Shown here one piece after another: positions 1 to 13,792 of a DNA stretch of 64,000 bases. The DNA is from Paramecium tetraurelia (Eukaryota): the NCBI GenBank assembly GCA_000165425.1, contig CT868119.1, positions 496,001-560,000 on the forward strand, in the 5' to 3' direction. The notes under the pieces are model-generated. The model was given only the letters and a program-made list of their open reading frames with translations. It had not been told where the DNA came from and made no database searches. Position 1 is the stretch's first letter; each line of letters opens with the position of its first letter. The position numbers and the translations under genes are program-made.

Positions 1-637
1 TTTGTTGTATAGGTTATTATTGTTGTTTTTAGATTTATGAATCTTCTTTTTAAGTTGATGATTTTTATTTATCGACTTCTGGTTTTTTTTGCTTTGTTTA
101 TTTTGCACTTTATTCAGCTTGTAGTAATTTTTGCTTGTCTAATTCTGCTTATTTTTGTAATTCAATTTATTTTTACTCATCTTCTTAGGCTTCCTCTTCT
201 GATGATTCAGGTGAATCTTGTTCGATTTATTAATTTTATTCAGATTATCTAAGTTATTGCTTTTATTGTTGTTGAGATTTCTATTATTAATCACTTTTGT
301 ATTATGATTTTTTTTTTTATTATTACTTTTGGTTCAGCTTCTTGGGCTACTGGAGTTAGATGTTAACTTCATCTTGAATAAATTTTTGATACTATTTGGA
401 TTATGAAACAATATACCATTGATAACAAAATTGCTTTTGAGCTATACATGAATATACTAAAACAAATAAATTTGAATAATTACCCTATTCCTATTAAAAT
501 GGCCGCATAACCTAGGAATTTTTGTAATGCATCCGACTTTCTTCTAGTCATAAGGGTTACAATTCCTATAAGTCTAGAAATAATCAAAAGAGAGCATACA
601 TGGCAAATGAAGGCAAAAGGATTTATATTCTTTTCAT
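1..637 (-). CDS. Hypothetical membrane protein (two N-terminal hydrophobic segments, then N/Q/K-rich low complexity); 3' end outside window
   Basis: Ciliate code: MKRIQILLPSFAILIGIVTLMTRRKSDALQKFLGYAAILIGIGIFMYSS... after removing three ~25-27 nt GTA..TAG introns. Confidence 0.6.
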
Positions 638-1833
638 ATTTAAATAAAATATTAATTTTTGGATAAACTCATCAAAGATTTAAATAAATGACTCATACTA
701 TTCAAATAAGAATAATCTAGAATAAAATTTAATATCAACACAAAGCAGTACACATGAATAGGTATTGAGCAGCTGATTTCTCAAAGAAACTCTTTACAAT
801 AATGAAGGTAAATTCTGATTAATGTATTCAATCGACATGGAATAAGTATCAAAAAAATAGCAACTATTCAATTAGATTCAATATAATATAAATTATTTAT
901 GATCGAAAGAATATGGATTTATGCATATATACCTAAATTATATTAATATTATTAATTAATAAAATTCTACTTCTCACTTATAATTAAATTATAAATAGTA
1001 TTGTTAAACCTTATTGAGTCTTTTAGATAAATATTTAAGAAGTTAAAATCAAATGTCTTTTGATCCACATTTAGACCAGAATCATTAAAATATCCATATA
1101 ATATAGTAAAACACACATTTAAATTGTAATTAATATCCTATTTTATTAAAATAAAATATTATTTCTTCAAATTTTAAGAATTTTTATTTTTTATTATTCT
1201 AAATCCAAACTTGATTGTATTTTTAAGATTAAATTAACAGTTAATCATAGACTTATAAATGCAAGATTTTTTCAAATTATTAATATTCTACTTATTTTCT
1301 AATGTATTAACCTTTATTATTGTTTACATATTATGATATTAATTAAATTTATAAATGTATGCGCATTTTTCTTTTGAAATAAAAAGAATGAATGTGAAAA
1401 CTCCAAATAGTTTAAAATTATCTTTTGAACAACTATTTTTTTCCCTTTGAAAATGAGTTTAATTTAAATTTACAAGAATAGAATTCACTTCAACATTATA
1501 TATTAAGTTATTATCAATTAAACTTATATTGATTATTGCATAATTTCTTGAAGGAGAATTATAAAAATAAAAAAAATTGTATTAATTTAATTTAAATCAA
1601 AACATACATTGTTAAAAGATTTAATTTAGTGAAATGTTTGAGGCATCAAAAATTACTTGAATTGAATTTCGGATAATAAAATTATTTATCCAGAAAACAA
1701 ATACCAATCAAATTTTTCCATCTTAACAAATACACCTTTTACCTAATGTTCAAAAGGCTCTATATTGCAATTAATAATAAATGCACCTTATTTATAAGTT
1801 TTGTGCTCAAAATTTATAAATTAATTAATTATA

Positions 1834-3767
1834 ATGCATTAATAATTGCCGCCAGAATAACTAGATAGACTTATTTGTCTAGAAGCTAGAATTCATAGGA
1901 AATCAAAAGAGGAAATCATATAAGAGCAATTCTTATAGATGGAGAGCGAAAGGCAAACAGATGAAAATGATCGTAATAAACAGAATGTAGATTCTAATAA
2001 AAAATCTGATGACTTAAAATGCTCTTTAAACAGCGAAAATTCCCCATAACATTTATTTCCATCCCAAAATATGAGTCCTGTTTAAAAGAAATGCATAATT
2101 ACAAAGAAGCATTCATAGTAAAAAAAAAACAAAAAAAGTAAAGAGGGATAATAAAAAGATGTATTTTGATTTGAAAAAATTCATAGATCACTTAATATTT
2201 GCAGTTTTAAAAAAAGTAATAAAAAGTGAAGAAGTCTGAATAAAAATTGATTGAATATTCAATATAGGATTCTCCATTTAAAAATAAAAGTCCATTACCC
2301 TACGATCCAACAGTGGATAAATAACTTAAAGAAAAATAAAACTAATTAGCAATTTCTGAAATAAAAATTAAAGAACTAGAAACTCATAATTCTGAACTTC
2401 GTGAAACAATATCGGTATGTATTAAAATAATTTTAGTCATTAACAGAATAGCAATTAAAAATGTAAGATGTTGTTAAATAATTCGCTATGGAGAATGAAA
2501 AACTTAAAAAACTATAATTATAAACCTAATTATAAGCAAATCGTGTTAGACTAGGTGAGTATGTAGTTTAGAGAGAGAAAACCGCTTTGGTCGACGTTTG
2601 GATTGATGGACAGGAATTAAGGGAAGCAAAAGAATAATCAAAAAAAATAGAAAATTTGAAAGTAGATTACGAAAATAGAAAAAAAAACTGTAAAAATAAG
2701 GAAGAATAAGAGATGAGAACCTTGAATGTAAAGATAAATTTTTTGGTTAAAGAGGAATTATAATTATAAGAAACAGTCGACAGATTAGAAACAGAAAAGA
2801 ATTTACATATAAAACAAATAAAACGAGTTTATGAGGAGGAACATGCAAGATTTACAAAAAATAATGACTATCCATTAATTGGTGAAAGATATTAAGTTTT
2901 GAGTCTATTAGGAAAAGGTGGATTCAGTGAGGTTTATAAAGTAAATAGTTATAAAAAATTAGGCTTACGATCTTCAAGAATTAAGAGAAGTAGCATGTAA
3001 AATTCATCAACTCAACTCGAATTGGTCAGATCATGCAAAACAAAACTACATAAGACATGCAATTCGTGAAAACAGAGTGCATAAGGAATTAAACCATACT
3101 CATATAGTAAAGTTATATGATTCAGTTGAGATTGATAAATCTTCGTTTTGTACAGTTTTAGAATTGTGTGACGGTCCAGATCTCGCTTATTATATTAAAA
3201 AGTATAAATGTTTTCCAGAGAAGGAAGCAAAATTGTTGATTGGATAAATAATTTCAGCCATCAAATACTTAAATAATCATAAGAATAAGATAATTCACTA
3301 TGATTTAAAACCATAAAATATTTTGTTTCATCTAAACGAATTGAAAATTTCAGATTTTGGATTATGCAAGGTCTTAGAAGATGACAATTCAAAATTATAG
3401 CTGACTTCTCAAGGTGTAGGAACGTATTGGTATTTGCCTCCTGAATGTTTTCACATGGGTGACTAACCACCAAATATATCTAGCAAAGTGGATATTTGGA
3501 GTATTGGAGTAATATTTTTTGAGATGCTGTTCGGTTAAAAGCCATTTGGCTAAGGTATCAGCTAAGAAAAAATATTAAAAGAATAAGTAAATTTTATTTA
3601 AATAGTAGATTATTGTAAAATCTCAATCAGTTACTTTTCCTTAAAAGCCTCTAATTTCTAATGAATGCAAGGAATTCATTAGAGCTTGTCTTGCCTATAA
3701 TCAAATAGATCGTTTGGATGTGCATTAAGCTTCCAATCATTCATACTTTTAGAAAAAATAAAATTGA
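1834..3767 (+). CDS. TLK: Tousled-like Ser/Thr kinase
   Basis: N-terminal LEAR motif, coiled coil, then [70 protein letters not shown], which are TLK-diagnostic; several short introns. Confidence 0.93.
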
Positions 3768-3790
3768 TTATATTTCAATTATAAAACATT

Positions 3791-5484
3791 TCATTTAGCA
3801 CACTTGATCTTTGCATTAACTAATCTTTAATTGAGGATGTCTGTTAGAGTTTCTTTGGGCATTTTTCTCATCTAGTTGATAAATTATTAAAAATACTTAT
3901 TCAAAATATCTCTAATCATTAAATCTAATGTTGACATCGCTTAAATTTTTATCGAAAAAATCATTGAGTTAACTAGTCTCTAACAAATCAATTAGGCCAA
4001 TTAACAGCTTTTATTATAAGTCTTCAGTTAAATTTACTTATCTTTCTCTACTTTCTTCAATATAACTAATTAATAGAGAAGTATATAATTTCAAATTTGT
4101 AAATTATGGAGACATCAATTCATTTCTAATTTGAGTAGTTAAATCATTTTGTTGCATATGTCTAATGACTTTTTATGCTTCATTTTTAAATGACTCAATA
4201 TTCATCAATAATTATTCGCTTTCCCTTTGAAAAGTAGAATTGAATTATTTATATTCATTGCTACCTTAGAATTCTTCCCATCTGCTTTCCCTTCTGTGAT
4301 CTTAATCAAGTTGTTTTTTAATTACTTCCGTTTAATTTTATGCTAATTTCATAAGAAAGTAAGCTATAATAGCTGTTTTTTATGAGAATGACAAACTGCC
4401 GTGAAGTTAGACAGCAGAAACTGTATTTTATTCTAGAAGAAATGATACCATTTAGGCTAAGAATATAATTTTGCTTCTCTCCCTTAAGAGCACTCTTAAG
4501 TTCTAAAAGTCTTGTTGTTATTATTGCTATGGTTAATTATTGATTATGTTGGTTCTATCTTATAGTACTTGATTTGTAGAGGCTTATTTTTTCAGCATTT
4601 GAGGCAGGTTCTATATTGCATTAGTATTGGAACTACATGTGATTTATTTGGTCACATTTGGTTCTTCATAAAATGTGATTTGCATTAATTATTGCCAGTC
4701 TACTCTTTTACGAGGATCTACTTGTAACATTGTGCGTATAAGTTCTTCACATTTTCTTGAGAGTTGATTTACATGTTTTGGGAATGTGATTTCTTTGTTG
4801 TCAATTTGCATTATTAAACGAGCTATTGATTTATCTTCAAAAGGGCAAAATCCAAATAAACACTCATAGAGGACTACTCCCAAGGACCAAACATCGGCTT
4901 TACAATTATAAGAACACCCTTTTAATACTTCTGGAGCCATATAGATTGGTGAACCTACCATAGTTTAGGTTAGATCGTTGTTGTGAAGCAAACTTTTGCA
5001 AAAGCCAAAATCTGCTACCTTAACGATTTGATCATGAAAAAGAATGTTGGATGGCTTTAAATCTCTATGAAGTATATTTTCACGTATCAAAGATCTTATA
5101 ATATGTAAAATTACTAATTTACCTGAATGCGTTGAGAATCTGAGCGAATATTTTCATAGTTTCTGGTTCTGTTAGAAATTTTCTCTTTTACAATAATGCT
5201 TCCAATGTATCACCATTACAAAAGTCATAAATCAAGTACATATTGTTTTAAGTTTTGAGCATTTCAATAAATTTAACTATATTTTGATTATCTATTTTTG
5301 ACAGAGTCTGTATCTCATTAATTGTAAATTCATGTAATTTAGGGACTTCTCTGAACTTTTCCAATTTGACCACTTTGATAGCAACAATTTGATCATTTTT
5401 CATATTTTTAGCCCTATATACTTTGCCGTATTGACCACTTCCTATTACATCTTGAAGAACATAATTTTCAATCACTTTACTCAT
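3791..5484 (-). CDS. ULK/Atg1-like Ser/Thr protein kinase with C-terminal helical domain
   Basis: GSGQYGKV, AIK, HRDLKPSN, DFG, MVGSPIYMAPE, DVWSLG; frame continues through TAA/TAG to TGA at 3791-3793. Confidence 0.88.
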
Positions 5485-5633
5485 TTCAGTTAATTAATAA
5501 TTTAAAATAAAAGCAACAACTAAATATTAATACATATTTAATTCGTCAATATAAGTAATTATAAATCTATTCTTCTTACTAGAATGCATTAGATGTTGAG
5601 TATAACTTCTAAGAGTTCATTAATTTTTTTAAA

Positions 5634-6265
5634 ATGGAAATTTAATTAAATGAGGAATAACAAAAAATATACAATTTAGTAGTAAACTCAAAGAAATCAG
5701 GTATAACTAAAGCAAACCTTGCTAAAAATGCTGGGCTCAATACTAAGGAAGTTGAGAAGATCATTAAAACATTGGAAAATAGAGACAAGATCAAATCAGT
5801 CCGTCCAAATGGCAGAACAACAGGAGTTAAACTTTGGATAGATTTTAATCAAACTCTTGATTCCAGTTTACCCACTAATGTTTTTAGACAAGCTGATTAG
5901 GGTGTAGATGATGAATTGATTGAAAGAATAAAACAAAAGCTAATTTATTTTATGCAACAATAATGCGATGGCAGAGCATCTTTGGATGAAATACGTCGTG
6001 TTTATAAAGCTTAATAGTCAGAGCATTATGATGAAATGGATTTTGATCGAATAGTCAACCTTTTAAAGTATGATTCAATACTCATTGAAGAAGAAAATTC
6101 TTTCTTCAAATTAAATCCTTTTAGATAGCAAAAATTCTAATTTTATTTATCTTATTTACCTTGTTAAGTAGATAATAAATATAATTATTATAGACATGTC
6201 CTGTGTTTAATTAATGCAAACCAGGTAATACAATCAGTCCAGAAAAATGTGTTTTTGAATGGTGA
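5634..6265 (+). CDS. RPC34: RNA polymerase III subunit RPC34/RPC6, short form
   Basis: Winged-helix-like segment (GITKANLAKNAGLNTKEVEKIIKTLENRDKIKSV) and C-terminal LPCQTCPVFNQCKPGNTISPEKCVFEW matching the RPC6 Fe-S cysteine motif; one 26-nt intron. Confidence 0.85.
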
Positions 6266-6376
6266 TTCAACTAAATTAGTATAGATATATCAAAATGGAA
6301 TATAATTATTTATATTCTTTGATCTCAATATCTATAACAAATTTCAACAGAAATTGGTTATTACTTAATAATAATA

Positions 6377-9300
6377 TCAATAAAACTATTCTTCAGACAT
6401 ATAAAATTATTGACTAGTGAATCTGCTCTAAGCTAAATTTTAATGAGTATTAGTCAATTTGGATTATGTTGTCATATCTTCACTTGTATTGAATGGTTTT
6501 AGTACTGAGGTGTTAGTTTTTAATAGCTAATATTTATCATAAACTAAATACTTGTCTTTTGGAAAATATTGAGCATGTATATCCTAATCGCATAATAAAT
6601 CTTTGGAGATGACTACACATCTAATCTTATCCACATGTTTTATGGATTGCAGCTAATCTTTAATAGAAGGCTTTGAATTCATAATAAGTTATGTTTTCGT
6701 GCTTTCCTTTTTTGTAGTACTTTCTGAGTAATTCTTGCACATTTTCAACTCCTTTGGTTTTTTTGTTTTAAATTTGATTAAATAAAGTTCGTAAGAAGGT
6801 TTCTCCTTTCAATTCATTGGGTTTGATTTACTGTAATTGTTTGCCATCGTTTTCTTAGTTCTATATTTATTTCACAACCTCTTCATATGGCATCTAATCC
6901 ACTTACTCTATATTCAATTCAGCAGCCATATTAAAAATCTATTTGGCTTCCTCCTAATCAAATTATTCCTAAGGATCTATTGGTTACCTTGAGGGTTATC
7001 TTTAGACAGTTGAATCCTTTTTCTACTTTTCTTATAAAAATCTAGTTGATTTTGTTTTCGAATTTTAAATTCTTTAAGTGTCCACTTGCTACTGAGATCC
7101 TAGTTTGGAACCCATCTAAATTTGTTCCTCCTCTGATTCATGTTTTAGGAGTGATTCTTAAGATTATTTAGCACTATGATTTTTAGTTTAATTTGAACTT
7201 ACTCTTTCAGTATCAAAACCGTATTTTTAAACTACATTTTTAAAGGATTATTGTTTCTTCATTAGGTTATTTTAAATTTCAGACAATTAATTCAGATTTT
7301 TTAATGAAATTATTGCTGGCATTGTCTCCATTATCTTCTATTAAATATCCTAGGGCAATCCTAAATTAGAAATCAAGGTCTCTAATAGATTTGTTAGCAA
7401 TTCAATATCTGTTTATTACTCCTGTTCGGTAGTTCTTTGTTTCCACTAAGCTATATATTCAGAAGGGTTTTCATCATTAACTTTTATTGCCATCTTTATA
7501 GGTTATTAAATGGTAGTGCTAGCCCTTCTTATATGAGATTATGATGACTATTGTGAAGACAGACGAGATTTGGAATTCCTACTGACTTCATCTTCTTCCT
7601 TAATCAGAGGTATTCTTGTTTTATTACTTTCTATTAATCTAGTTGAGCCTCTATTTGAAGGTGGTCCAAATTATTAGTCCTCTTGGATTTCTCTTAGGGC
7701 ATCTGTTGATTTTCTGGCATATTTGTTTTTTGGTTTATTAGCCAAAAAGGTTTCAGACTTTTTATATCCTTTGAATTGTTTATTTTATTATGGAGTATTT
7801 GAAATTTGCTGGCTTTATTGCATTTAAGGTTATTGAAATTACGATTAATCAGTATATTCCGTTTGGATTCTTCTATCAGAAGGGCTTGTATCGTTTTTTC
7901 TTTCAGTCAAAGTCAGCATTCTACCAGAAGAGGTTCTTTATGTATCTTGATTAGTTTAAGCTTAAGTCAAATCAATGTCTGGAATGCTTGAGTCCCCCAT
8001 CTTCATTTAATTGACAGTAGATTTTCTAACTATGGAGGAGGGTAATTGTTAATCAGATTTCGACATAGAACTCATCTTTCGTATTATTTATGCATTCTCA
8101 TTATTAGGAGATACACTCTTTCTGACTTATTGCTATTGTTGTTGTTGCAAGAGTAAACCACTTTTTTGCATTTGCTCTTCATCTAATTCTTATATTGACT
8201 TTTAATCAATGGTAGTTTATTTATTGGGTTATTTGGATGGATGAAATTCAGTGAATGAATGTTGATTAGCTCTTTTTTTTTATTGTGTATCTGATGTTTG
8301 ACTATTATTTTTGGAGACCTTTTATTCTTTCTAAGATTAAATATGTTAAGTGAAACTCATTCTATAACCTACATCAGTGCTTTTTCTCTTTGAGTAGTCA
8401 CTAAACTAAATCTATCTATTTGATTCTCCACGATATCCGATTGAGACATTATCTTCATCTGGTGCAAAATCAAATTGAGATTTAATTTTTCCAGTCCCCT
8501 TTGGAGAATCCTTGTTTGATTGATCCTAACTATTGGCAATGTCCATTTATAAACTTCTCTAATCTGCTGGTATTGATTTCTTCTTATTTAACTCTCCTGT
8601 TAATTGATAGAGTCTTTATTACAGTTCTTAATTCTCTTTTTGTAATTTCGATATTTATTATTGCAATGATTGATCTGACACTTGAACTGCCTGATCTTGA
8701 AATGTCTTACTAGTTATAACAGACAATTGCTTTTCTAATTTTTATTTTTCATACAATAATTGAGTTCGTTCTTACTCTATAGCCTTTTCAGCAATTTTAG
8801 TAGATTCAATTTCGATATTCATTTGCATAATTTAGTTTTCCATTAATCTGACCTTGTTCCACAACTCTGCGTTCTCCATAAACTTCTTGTCCAATTCTAC
8901 ATTCTTATTTGATAACTCCTTCTACAATTACTCTGAATTATCTGCTCTTCTAATGGGAGGGGCTTTGCGATCTTTATTGGAACCAGACAATAATTATTAT
9001 GAATTTTATTGAGGTAACTTTTTCTCTGAATCTTATTTAAGTCTCCTGACTAAGAATCCAGAAACGAATTTCATCATGACTTTATATGTTTCATGCTAAA
9101 CATTCTAATAACTCTCATTCACATAGTCTATAAAGTCATTTAGGATATCTGGTATCATGTCTTGTTGAATTTATTATTTTTAAGTGTCCAATATAACAGT
9201 TTCGATATCCATAGACTTCTAAATCATTTACTTATGCACTCCCTTTAATTTATCAGTAACCTATTATGTCTACAGAGTGTATCGATAATCAATCCTTTCA

Positions 9301-10097
9301 TTCAGAAATTTCTAGAGCTCCATAGAATGTTTATCACTATCCTGCACAATCTCTTACAATTTACTTTCGTGATATTCCTATAAAATAATCATAATAAGGT
9401 GTACCTTCTTAAAATTTCTCATAACCTCCAAGATATCAAGATTAGTATCAGTTCCTTAAGATATGCATAACTTTATTTTTGGATCATATCGTTTCATCAC
9501 AATTTATACATTTAGTTTATTGCTTTGCTTCAAGACTTCATTTAAGATGCATTTCTGATTATCATCTAGTTCGTATTGCACCCTTGATGAATTATTCAGA
9601 GTCCGATCAGTTTGTTATTCAAATGAATTCAATCGAATAGATGGCAGGATATTAGAATTTTTGCTACTTAATTAACGATTCTTTATTCTCTCATTTTCAG
9701 CTAATGGTGATTGGAAGCCTCCAACTCTAGCCCCACCCAATCTCCCAGTTTGTCCTCCTTCCATCAATTTCTTTTTCATTCGTTACATAATATCTGCTCT
9801 AGACAGAGGCTCGAGTTCCTGCTCTCCTTCTGTATGCATCTGATTGTTTATCTAAACCGATTTCAATACGTCCTTCCAAACTTAAGTATATTTATTGATT
9901 GCTTGACTATAATCATTTTAATCTCTAGCTTAAAGCATGTAACACAGTTCATTTGAAGTAAGTTCTAAGTCTTACAGAAATTTAGGTAAACTAATAGAAC
10001 TCCCTTGCTTAAGCACATTCTTGCTCAAACCCATAAGAAATTCACCTATCTTCTCTAATGTGGCCTTCTCTTACTAAGAAGCAGGCGTAAAAATCAT
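6377..10097 (-). CDS. Large hypothetical coiled-coil/low-complexity protein (~1200 aa) with C-terminal HxxC-x5-CxH motif
   Basis: Ciliate-code frame from MIFTPASQQEKATLEKIGEF to ...MSEEQFY* (N-terminal and C-terminal parts and internal spot checks translated); short introns near 9380-9405 and 6528-6552. Confidence 0.7.
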
Positions 10098-10149
10098 TAA
10101 GCGAATAAAATATATAAAATATAACTAAGTAAACCTCAATTCTGTATAT

Positions 10150-11300
10150 GTTTCCTTAAAATTATCTATTTTTCTTAAAGTCTCCAATTTCCTTGCATCC
10201 TTTAAATTCACTACTTAAAATATTTAAGATTGGCCATCCTCTCCACTCTTAAATATCTTAATAACTTGGTAATCACCATATAACTTAGATTTATTTAATC
10301 GTCAAATCTATAAATAATTAACTTATCAAAATTCCAGTGCAAATTCAGTATTTATAGATAAAAAGCATTTTCTGATAAAATCTTTGTTTTTCCATTTGTC
10401 GCTTTAATTTGAAGAATTTACTTCATTTTATTAACCTTAAAATTAGATTGTATCAAAAATGAATTTCTTATCAATCCTTCTAATAAACCAGAATGTATAT
10501 ATAATCAATTTTAAGTAAGATTCTCCATTATCTATACATCATTAATTCCTATATTGGCCTCAATTTTTTATATTTTCAACCTCCTTGTGTAACTTTTTTT
10601 GATCTGTCCCAATACAGTAATTTTAGTTCTTTCAATATAACACCACAATGATTTATCTTTGTTATACAAAGAGCAACAAGTTCTTCTTTAAATCTTATGT
10701 CTTTTTCATGTAACTACATTATACCTAACTTATCACTCTTAAATTTTCATAAATTTTCATTATTTATAATTCGTATCCAAATTGTTTTATGATATTAATT
10801 ATTCAACATATTTTTCATTATCCTAGACCATTTTCAATTTGGATTTAATATTTAATTAGACAAACTTACTTTCATAGATTTAATGATTCTGAATTCTAAC
10901 TCAAATGATTAAAAATTTCCAATTTCATACTCTTTTATTAAAAATATTTCATAATCTGTTCAATATATCCTTTCTATCCCAATAATATAAAGATTCTAAT
11001 CCCTTTTACTATTTTGCAGGTATTTTTATATATTATTTTCTCTACTTCTCTCAAATTATTTAATATCTCATTTGGACTCTTCTTTTGTTCCTTTATTAAG
11101 AATCTATTGATCAAATCTTGTGAAACTGTTCTAAATGATATCATAACCAATAAATTTTGAATAAAAATAATAAAAATCTTTTTTTCTGTTATTCTTTCAC
11201 TTCTTTAAATTACAGTGCAAATCTGATCCAAAACCTGAGAAATTTTGTTTTAATCCAAATATAGTCTCAAATGTAACATATGACAGACTTTCACCATTCC
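10150..11300 (-). pseudogene. Probable decayed gene relic
   Basis: Purine-rich, coding-like composition on the minus strand with frequent TGA and no clean long frame; far longer than neighbouring intergenic gaps. Confidence 0.3.
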
Positions 11301-11729
11301 TTCCTTTTTGAAAACTCTTTTAGATTTTAATTCAAAAATAAAATTATAAAATCAAAATATGTTTAAATTCTAATACAGCAAGATTGAGTAATATTGGTAT
11401 TATCTAATGGATAATTCAATTAGTAAAGAGATTGTTTCAATTTTACTTAACGAACTAACAATATACAAACTATTTATATAATTTCTAATATTTGGCGATC
11501 TAAATGAAACTAATTAATTTAATTATTTAATTTCTCATGTAATAAGAAATTGCTGTATTTTATTAACCGTCGCTAGAATATTTAAACAAAGAATTGGAAT
11601 AGTTAAAGTTTTAATGTAATTTAAAGTTGCTATAGAAAAAAGTAATTTTGTTATTTGGTTTTCCTTCAATAAAGGTGGAAAGCGACAGAATTCACACCTA
11701 TTTATAAGGAATATACAATTAAAGCGAAA

Positions 11730-13672
11730 ATGAACAGCTTAAAAAAATTAGAGTCTTAATAAGCTTCATTGGGGAAGTCACTTCAATAAATAATTGGGAT
11801 GACAGAGGCCTTATCATCAGATAGAGAGTTCTGTAATTTCTTAATATTCAAGGATTAGAAGTCAAGTGGACTGAATAATAATGGCAGGAGGAAATTGATT
11901 CTATTGTGACGCTTAGAACAAACAACCCTTATTATGATACCATTCCAAATAAAATGTTTTCTTACACAAATTTATTTCACACTCTTGGCATTTAATTGCC
12001 AACAGAATTGAAATATCTTAAACATCAATCATTCAATCAAATGTAGACTTCCAATCTAATAGATGATTTTCACTTGCTATGTAATATAGATGAATTTAAA
12101 ATTGTTAGAAATATAAGGTAATTTATCTAAAATTTTACAGATAAGCTTGATGATTTTATGAGTCTAATAATTAACATTGAAAGCATACATTTATTTGATG
12201 TACATAGCATAACAAATAGTTATTAAACATTATGCAACCAATTATAGCAAATTCTCATCTCATTTATTTCTGAAATAACTAAACGCTAGGACGCCGAAGA
12301 TTAATAAAATTAATAATTAATAATTGATGAAAATTTGGAAGAATAAAATAAAAAGATAAGATTCAAAAAAACAATACCTGCAGCTTCTTCAACTACCATC
12401 ATCTAAGGATCATTTGGCTCAAATTTAAAGGCAAAAAAATAAAGGAGGAAACTAAAATTAATTGAATAATCAAAGGGCAGATCATCTCTCTTGTATTTAA
12501 GTGGCTCGGTAGACAATTGTATTAGTTAAGATGAAATTAGGTAGAGTTAAAATTCATCCCAAATTTATGATAATGAGAATAGCATTGATTTAATATCATA
12601 CTTATAAGATTAATTATTAAAGAACGCAGGCCTTTCAAACTATCTTTTAACTGAATACTCTCTGGAAAACCTAAAATCAAAAATTTTAACTTATGAATAC
12701 ATACAATAAAAACTTGAGTAATTAGGATATCCCTGTATTAATTTGGATGAGAAAGAACTAATATCTGTACTAGAAGAATATAAACTATTTAATAAAGACA
12801 AGAAAGCCATAGTTGTTAAGTTATTTAATATAATATCAGAATCTTTTATTAGTAAGAATGAGGGTTTGGATCCAACCTTAGAAATAAGAGATTTAGCGTT
12901 AAAATATCTATCCTAAATATCAATCGACTATCCCATATAAGAGCTAAATGAAATTTTAAAATCCTAATGCATACCACATTAAAAAATGTAAGACTTTGAT
13001 ATGAATCAAAAATTTTCTTATATGAAATTATCATAGATATTAAATCGCAAATTCCCAGAATAAGTATACCAAATAAGATGTTCATCAACAAATTAAATAT
13101 TTTAACAATGGAGTATAAACCAATTACTTGATATTTTTAATTTTTATGATCTTCAAAATATTAGAATTACACGATCATATATCAGTTAAGTTTTCACTTG
13201 CTTACAGAATTTGATCAATTTAAAGGAGTTATTGCATTCAAATATAGATGGCATTATAATTGAAGAATTTATGTAAATGGAAAAATAGTTTCTGGAAGTA
13301 ATAAATCAGCCTTTAAATTTTCAAATCAACTCTCAGTATTTTGAGAGTTCAAACTTAATTCATAAAGAATAATCATCTAATTAAAATGATCTATTTATTG
13401 AAAGACTAAAAGATTAACGTTTATAAATTTCAGATCTTGATAAAATTAATGAGCTATCAAAGTTGTAATAATAAGAAAATGATTAAATTTGTAGATAAAG
13501 TTAAGATGAATATTTATTGTTAAAGTTTAATTAACCAATCATTTCAGATTATTTCAATTTTTTGTGTTTTTAAAATTAATCAGATTCTCCTAGATTCAGC
13601 TTTATAGATAAATCGTAGCATTAATCCGATGATCAGCAATACAATTCTTTTGAAGAGGAATATTTTTCTTGA
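11730..13672 (+). CDS. Hypothetical protein (~640 aa)
   Basis: MNSLKKLESQQASLGKSLQQIIG...; one 26-nt intron near 11833-11858, then an uninterrupted frame to TGA at 13670-13672. Confidence 0.7.
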
Positions 13673-13792
13673 TGATTTGAGCGAGTGTGATGAAATTGTT
13701 TTACATTAAATTCGATAAATATTTATAAATTTAATTTAACTTTTTAATAATGAGTAAATTAAATCTCAGTAATAAATAATGTAATAAGAAAC

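Noticed and set aside
37..252. Hydrophobic plus-strand ORF from the supplied track
   Set aside because: Antisense shadow of the N/K/Q-rich minus-strand gene
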